Of a stretch of 64,000 bases of DNA, positions 57,601-64,000 are shown piece by piece; positions within the stretch are counted from its first letter, which is position 1; each line of letters begins with the position of its first letter. The notes below the pieces were generated by a model, which ran no database searches, was not told the origin of the DNA, and saw nothing but the letters and a program-made list of their open reading frames with translations. The translations under genes and the position numbers were made by a program. The DNA lies in IMG/VR virus record IMGVR_UViG_3300029928_000002, positions 1-64,000 of that record. One strand, given 5' to 3'. Source of the stretch: a virus. Lineage: Duplodnaviria; Caudoviricetes.

Positions 57601-58669
57601 TATACAGATAGATTCAGATTGGCAGAATCCAGATTAGATGAGAGCTAAGGATATATCTCCAATTATCAAAACTTTACTAAGCACCTTTAAGAATTATTAT
57701 GTGTATACTAAGTCTACATATACAGTTGATAATGCAAATATAACTATAGCAGATACATAGAATATATGTTATAGTGATAATATAAACAATACTCTCACAA
57801 TTTCAGATTTTGCATTAAATATCCCATAGAGTATATTACAGATAGGAGATGTAAATTATAATTCTTAGGTAACTTCTATTTTAAATACTCGTTGTAATGA
57901 ATCTAAAATATATAATATAGATAAATCTGTTAATTCTACTAAAGCAGTTCTAACTTCTACTGCACAATATTCTGTAAGACTGATATAGCAAAAAGTAGAT
58001 TATCAATATTCTATAAATCCTTTACAAGAAATACTTTCCAGCATAAATGATGTATCTAATATATCCTATCCTGTATTGTTAGAACCTATAAGTTCTCCAA
58101 ATACTGATACCAATATAAATGGAAATATTAAAGCCAAGGAAACTGATACGGCTAATAAGGATAAGTATCTTTATAAAAAGAATGCTTGTAGAATTATTAC
58201 AGATATATATAGAAATGATGAAGAGAGTATGTTAGATGTTAATAGTTACTATACTTTATCTGGAGATACTCCTCAAGAGCATCCTTTTGATCTTTATGAT
58301 GTACTATTACCTATAAGAATAAATATTGATTCTTCTACAGAATATAGCACCCTAATTCTTAATAATGGAAATAATACTAATAAAAATTATTGGGTAGTGC
58401 CGAATAATGTTACAGGTGAAGCTGAAGGGGCAAATGTATCTTCTTTAAGATCGCTACCTAAAACTAATACTTATAAAAGTTCTGGAGCTTTATGTGCACC
58501 AACTCAGATGGCATATAAACATAATAGGACTGATTCTGCATACTGTACTGCTACTTATTGTAATATTCCTATAAATGTGGGAATTTATGCAAAATTCTTT
58601 AATTATGATGTAAATAAGGCAATGCCTAATGCTACAGCATAGTATCAGATTTCTAGTTACAGACCATGA
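54674..58669 (+). CDS. Large tail protein (tail stabilization-like N-terminus; code 15, 1331 aa)
   Basis: 'NGFTGGLSIDLNP...LSDAVNAT...NGDEMILQNDMGN...PVGCKEYGGIAYI'. Confidence 0.75.
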
Positions 58670-61600
58670 TAGAACTAACTACTACAAAAAACGAACTAAA
58701 TATAGATGCACAATGTACTTATACTGTTAATATAGTATAGACTGCGGGCAATGGAACATTGAGTTATACGTATAATCCTTTACATAATTTAGAAATATTA
58801 CAAAATGGGGAATATACTCTTAGTGATATGGATACCACTAAATTAAATTTTGATTTACTACATCCATTATAGATGGAATTGTAGAAATCCTACGACAATT
58901 CCATTAATATTATTTTTATTGATAATAAAAATGTTCCTAGATTAATTAATTCAAGATTAGTTGTAAAAGATAATAACACCTATGTATTACCAAATAGATT
59001 GTCCAATACCGAAAATATTTATAGTGGATACAATGACCAGAAGTTTGAAATTCAGACTTCATTAACTAAGACTTTTGATAGTGTATGTACTTGTAAGTAT
59101 GTTGGATTTATAACAAATGGTAGATTGGCTTGTGGAAACTATCATTTTTATATTTCCTACATAGATGGTGATGGTAATTCTACTAACACTGTCGTAGAAA
59201 CAGGATTAATATCGGTATTCTTAGGTAATGACGGAGATCCTTTTTCTGTACATGGTGGTATAAGAGATACTAATAGCTATAAGGGAATTTAGTTACAGTT
59301 TGATAATTTAAATACTGCATATAATCAGTTGTAGATTATCTATTCAAGAGATACTTCTGATGATATGTAGAACTATGTTACTAAGTATTATAGAATTAAT
59401 AAAAAGTTTTAGTATGATTTTGAGAATACTGTAATTAGCATTACTGGATATGAAAATACTTCTAGTATTACTTAGGAAGAGTTTAACATTACTTAGAAAT
59501 AGTTTTTAACAGCTAAAACAGAGGCTTAGGTAAATAATAGACTATTTTTAGGAAATGTTTCATAGAATATAAATTACGATCCTGAATTAAGAACTGCTGC
59601 TATCCAAATATTACCATATCTCTATGTATGTGATAAAAATACTATTATTGGAGATATTAGTACCTCTTATTTAAATAAATAGATAGAGACTTCTGTAGAA
59701 AATTCATTCACTGGAGAATATTATAATTCTAAAAATATATATTATAATCTGGGGTATGCTAATAAGGAGATTTATAGACTTGGAGTTATATTTATTTATA
59801 AAAATGGAGAAAACTCTTCTGTCTATAACATAAGAGGGGGACAAATCCCTACATATGCAACTCTCCCTTCAGAAGGTCCTAAAGGATTTACAGAAATAAA
59901 ATGGAAATCTAGCGACGATGTTACTTGGAATAGTAATGATTCAGTATAGTTATATGACTTTTCTTCTGATTAGTATATTAATAAAACTACTGGAGAAAAT
60001 ACTGCTGGAGTTGTATATTTAAACAATACTAAAACTCCGAAATTCTGGCCTCTATATAGTATTGGAGTATATGTTCCAGAAGATGTTATGAATTATTTAA
60101 AGGCTTCAAATATTATAGGGCTTAAGTTTGTGAGATAGAAGCGAATGCCTTTAAGACTGTGCCAGGCTTACACAATTCCAGTGGATGATGGTTCCAATCT
60201 TCCATTAATACATAGTGGTAAAAATAAATATGTAATAGAATCTTTCCTTACTTAGAATGGAACTACGTCTAGAAAGGTAAATAATAATTATTCTAACAGA
60301 TTATATTCTACTACATATAATAATAAAGAAATAGGTGCCATATGTCCTGACTATATAGTTAAAATGCCTTTCTTTAATCAGTTATTTACCGGAACTAAGT
60401 TTACATTTAGTACTTCTACATAGTAGAATGGAGAAGGTTATTTAACATCAGAAACTTCAGCATCTAGAAATTATAAAGTATCCTCTCACGAATATATATA
60501 GCGTACTTCGTATATATAGGATGTATACGTTGTAGGGCTACAAGATAGTCAACCTACCGCCGCAGCTAATAATTATATTTACAGAGCAAAAGCGGGAGAT
60601 GCTTCAGAAGCTTACAGATATAGATTGATTGGAGATCTACAAAAATAGAATGATAATGGAACATTATCCGCTAAAGATTTACAGAATGATTGTAGACTTG
60701 TTAGGGGATTGTTTTCTCCCTACTTAGGATTAAATAGTTCGGAATTAGATATTGATACTTACTACGATATATATTATCCAGGATTTTCGGAGACTAATAT
60801 AATTAACTATATGTCTGTAAGGATTTAGGACAATTCAGAATATTATCCTATTAGTGATAATATAGATATACAAACTCTTAATTACTATAATCATAATCTT
60901 TATAGAGGGGATAATTATATTTGTAACTTCACTTGGAGAGTAAATCGTAATTTCTCTGATTCTTCAGCACCTACTAACGATATTATCGTTGAAGAGAATA
61001 CATGGATAGATCATTTTAAACCTTCTGATAATTTACCAAAAGATAAGTATGGAGGTAAAACTGAATTTGAATATATAAACAGAGGAGACATAAATGCTGT
61101 TAAACTTGGAAGTTGGATTACTATTAAAGTAGAATCTAATTACAATCTCAATTTAAGAAGTATTGATGAATCTAATACTACAGAAGTTGCTCTATATGGA
61201 CATGGTAGAGGGTTCTATCCAGTAACCAAAATGTCTGCTGATGGAGGATTTAAAATACCGGATAGTCAGCAATTAAATGATGGTTATAATGTAGTATTTG
61301 GAGCTAGGGTATACAATAAATATCCAGATGTTCCATATGTTCAGAATATCTTTACTAATAGAATTTATTATTCTAATATTTATCCATATAATTCTATAAA
61401 TAATGGATATAGAGTATTCAGCACTGTCAATTTCAGAGACTACAACTTTGAACTAGGTTCTATTACTAAAATATTGGAATGGTATGGAGATTTAATATGC
61501 GTATTGGAACATGGTATTGTATATATTCCAGTTCAAGAAAAATCTATTGCAGCTGATGGTACTGACATACATATTAATTACAATAAAATACTTCCTGATA

Positions 61601-63201
61601 AGGGATTAGTTCTTACTTCTGACATAGGTTCTAAATGGTAGGATAGCATTGTTAAAACGCCTTATGGAATTTATGGTGTAGATACTGTTGCTAAGAAGAT
61701 TTGGTAGATTACTGGAAGTGGTAATAGCTCTAAAGTAAATATTATATCTGATTTTAAAGTAGAACAATTCTTAAATAGAAATATTGATTTAGGAGAAACA
61801 GATAATATTCCTGTCTTGGGAATAAGAAATGTTCATTCTCACTGGAATCAGTATAAACAAGAAGTAATGTTTACTTTCTATGATTGGTCAGAACTCTATC
61901 AACAGTTAGGTATTACAGAAGATACTACTGAATTGCCAGAATTGCCTACAATATCTTCGACAGATCCAACTCAAACCAGTGTTGAGAAAATTACTCCTAA
62001 ACGCTATTAGTGGAATTTAGCTTATAATATAATGTCTAGTAGTGATGGAGGAATATTTACTACTTTCTATACATGGATGCCTTCTTATGTATTTAATATT
62101 GATAAATGTATGTATTCTTTAAATGAAGATGCTACAGAATATTCTGTATTAAATTATATAGGAAAACAATTTAAAGAAGATGTTGGCAAATTAAATGATT
62201 GGAAATTAACTAATTATTTAGAGAATACTGATTACGTTTAGACTTTAAATAATGTATGGAAACATGGAGAAACAAATATTCGTCTGAATGAATCTAAACC
62301 ACTACCCACTCATTGGTATGGAATGCAACATCCATTTGAATTTGAATTTATTGTAAGAGATGATCCTTCTGTTTAGAAGATTTGGAATAATCTTTATATA
62401 ATATCTAATTTTGCAGAACCAGAATCATTTAGTTTTAGTATAATTGGTGATGGATATGAATTTAAGAAAGATAAATTAAATATGTATTATCGTCAAGAAG
62501 CTACTAAGAATTTATGGCATAATATGGGAAGTAAAATTACTTACGACAAAGATTACACTTCAATAACTCCAGACTGGAATAATACTATATTAAATAATTA
62601 TATAGATCCAGAAAGACCAAATCAAGTAGTAGGAGTTCCTAAATCTACATATTTCCCATTATACTACAAGAGAGCTAATTTATTACATAATCTAGATGCT
62701 GTAATGTTAGATAGTTATCATAGTCCTATATTTGATTGGAAATATCTATCAGGTAGTGAAATATTCCACAATTCTAGAGAAAATAATTATGGAATCACTA
62801 CACATATTAAATGTTCTCCAAGACATAAATATGGTATATTAAAATCTAATTCAGAATATCTTGAAGATAAATGGGTAATACAAATTCCTAAAATTAATTT
62901 GGTATAGAAAAATGAATCAGATTGGAAGAATCTTCCACCTTTAGTTATTGATTACATACCAAATGATTTATCTACTAAAGATATTTCTGAAGATGTGCTA
63001 CCAGAACAATATAAGGATTCAAAAGTACCTTCCGTAGGTACAGATCCCTACTGGCCACATAGATTAGATTTAGATAAATGGTCATATACTAAATATATGC
63101 CACTTAGAGATAAATGGATTAAAATTAGAGTTAGGTATAGTGGTAAATAGTTAGCTATTATTTCTGCTATACGAACTGTTTATACTGAGAGCTTTGCATA
63201 A
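58666..63201 (+). CDS. Large tail stabilization/muzzle protein (code 15, 1511 aa)
   Basis: 'YRGDNYICNFT', 'NRIYYS', 'YGVDTVAKKIW', C-terminal 'RDKWIKIRVRYSG'. Confidence 0.78.
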
Positions 63202-64000
63202 TGAGTAGTTTAGCTGGAATAGATTTATCTAGTTTAGGATCAAGTATTTCTAAATTAGGTAATAATGTATTTAAAGGAGCTTTAAAAAACCCTTCATTAG
63301 CATCTACTGCATTAGATGTTGTTGGAGGGTTTATTCCCGAAAAATCTGAATATAGTGGTACCTATGGAGATATTACCAAAGCTGCTGATAGTATTTATGA
63401 TACTGCTTCCGATGTGATAGCTGCAGTCCCTGGATGGGGGACTGTAGCATCTCTAGGAATGAAAGGTTTAGGAGTTCTAAACAAAGGTATTAGTGCTATT
63501 GGAGGTGGTACTGATGGTATGACTACAACCGATAGTGTTTTAGGTAGTAATTGGTTAGGATGGACTCCAGTAGGAATGCTTAATGGATTTGGAGGGAAAA
63601 GGTCTCACACTTAGGAATAGGGCCAATCTGAAAGAGATACTATGGCTTCTGTAGGAGGTTCTTATATGGGGTCTGTAGGAGATTGGCAAGATTCTCTTAA
63701 ATATAGTAATAAGAAATATGGCTTATTCTCTAGTGGTGCTAGAAAGAAAGCCAATAGAAAGATAGATGATGCTAATAATAAGATGAATTTAATGACAGGT
63801 ATTAGTAATACTGCCTAGACTTAGATGGAATTAGCCAATAATATGGCAGATACAAATAATATGAGATATTAGATGTAGTTACAGGGAGGATATGATCCTA
63901 CTACAAGATTGGGTAGAAAAGGATTAAAAATAGAATACATTAAAAGAGCTAAGAGAATAGCTAATAAAGTAAAAGATAAGTAGTCTGATGTAGTAAAACA
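63201..64000 (+). CDS. Putative ejected cargo protein, partial (code 15)
   Basis: Gly/Ala-rich amphipathic 'AVPGWGTVASLG'; runs off the window. Confidence 0.65.

Noticed and set aside
18600-64000. Mass pseudogenization or sequencing errors causing fragmented ORFs
   Set aside because: Breaks are at TAG, stay in frame, and the joined genes abut neighbours; explained by recoding

Overview
This window is about 64 kb of a crAss-like (Crassvirales-type, probably Bacteroidota-infecting) tailed phage genome that reads TAG as Gln (genetic code 15). The supplied standard-code ORF track is fragmented. Same-frame fragments join through TAG into full-length genes that end at TAA/TGA and often overlap the next start (ATGA/TAATG). 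A tRNA with a CUA anticodon (amber suppressor) lies at 7564-7635. Layout: (1-2308) two tandem modules of a ~114-bp-period repeat array, a Rep-like wHTH gene and a shared 35-bp element; (2323-6788, minus) small early-type genes, essentially TAG-free, separated by repeated pseudoknot/hairpin elements; (7124-8064) suppressor tRNA cluster; (8264-15027, minus) GH108 endolysin, holin, and putative virion cargo/effector and peptidoglycan hydrolase genes; (15214-64000, plus) intein-containing PD-(D/E)xK nuclease, GroES-like protein, terminase, portal, many fibre genes, a major capsid gene split by two group I introns each carrying a GIY-YIG homing endonuclease, then ring/tail/muzzle genes. Code-15 gene boundaries were derived by hand from frame continuity and not every codon of the longest genes was checked. 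Product names rest on motif recognition and synteny, not on database searches.
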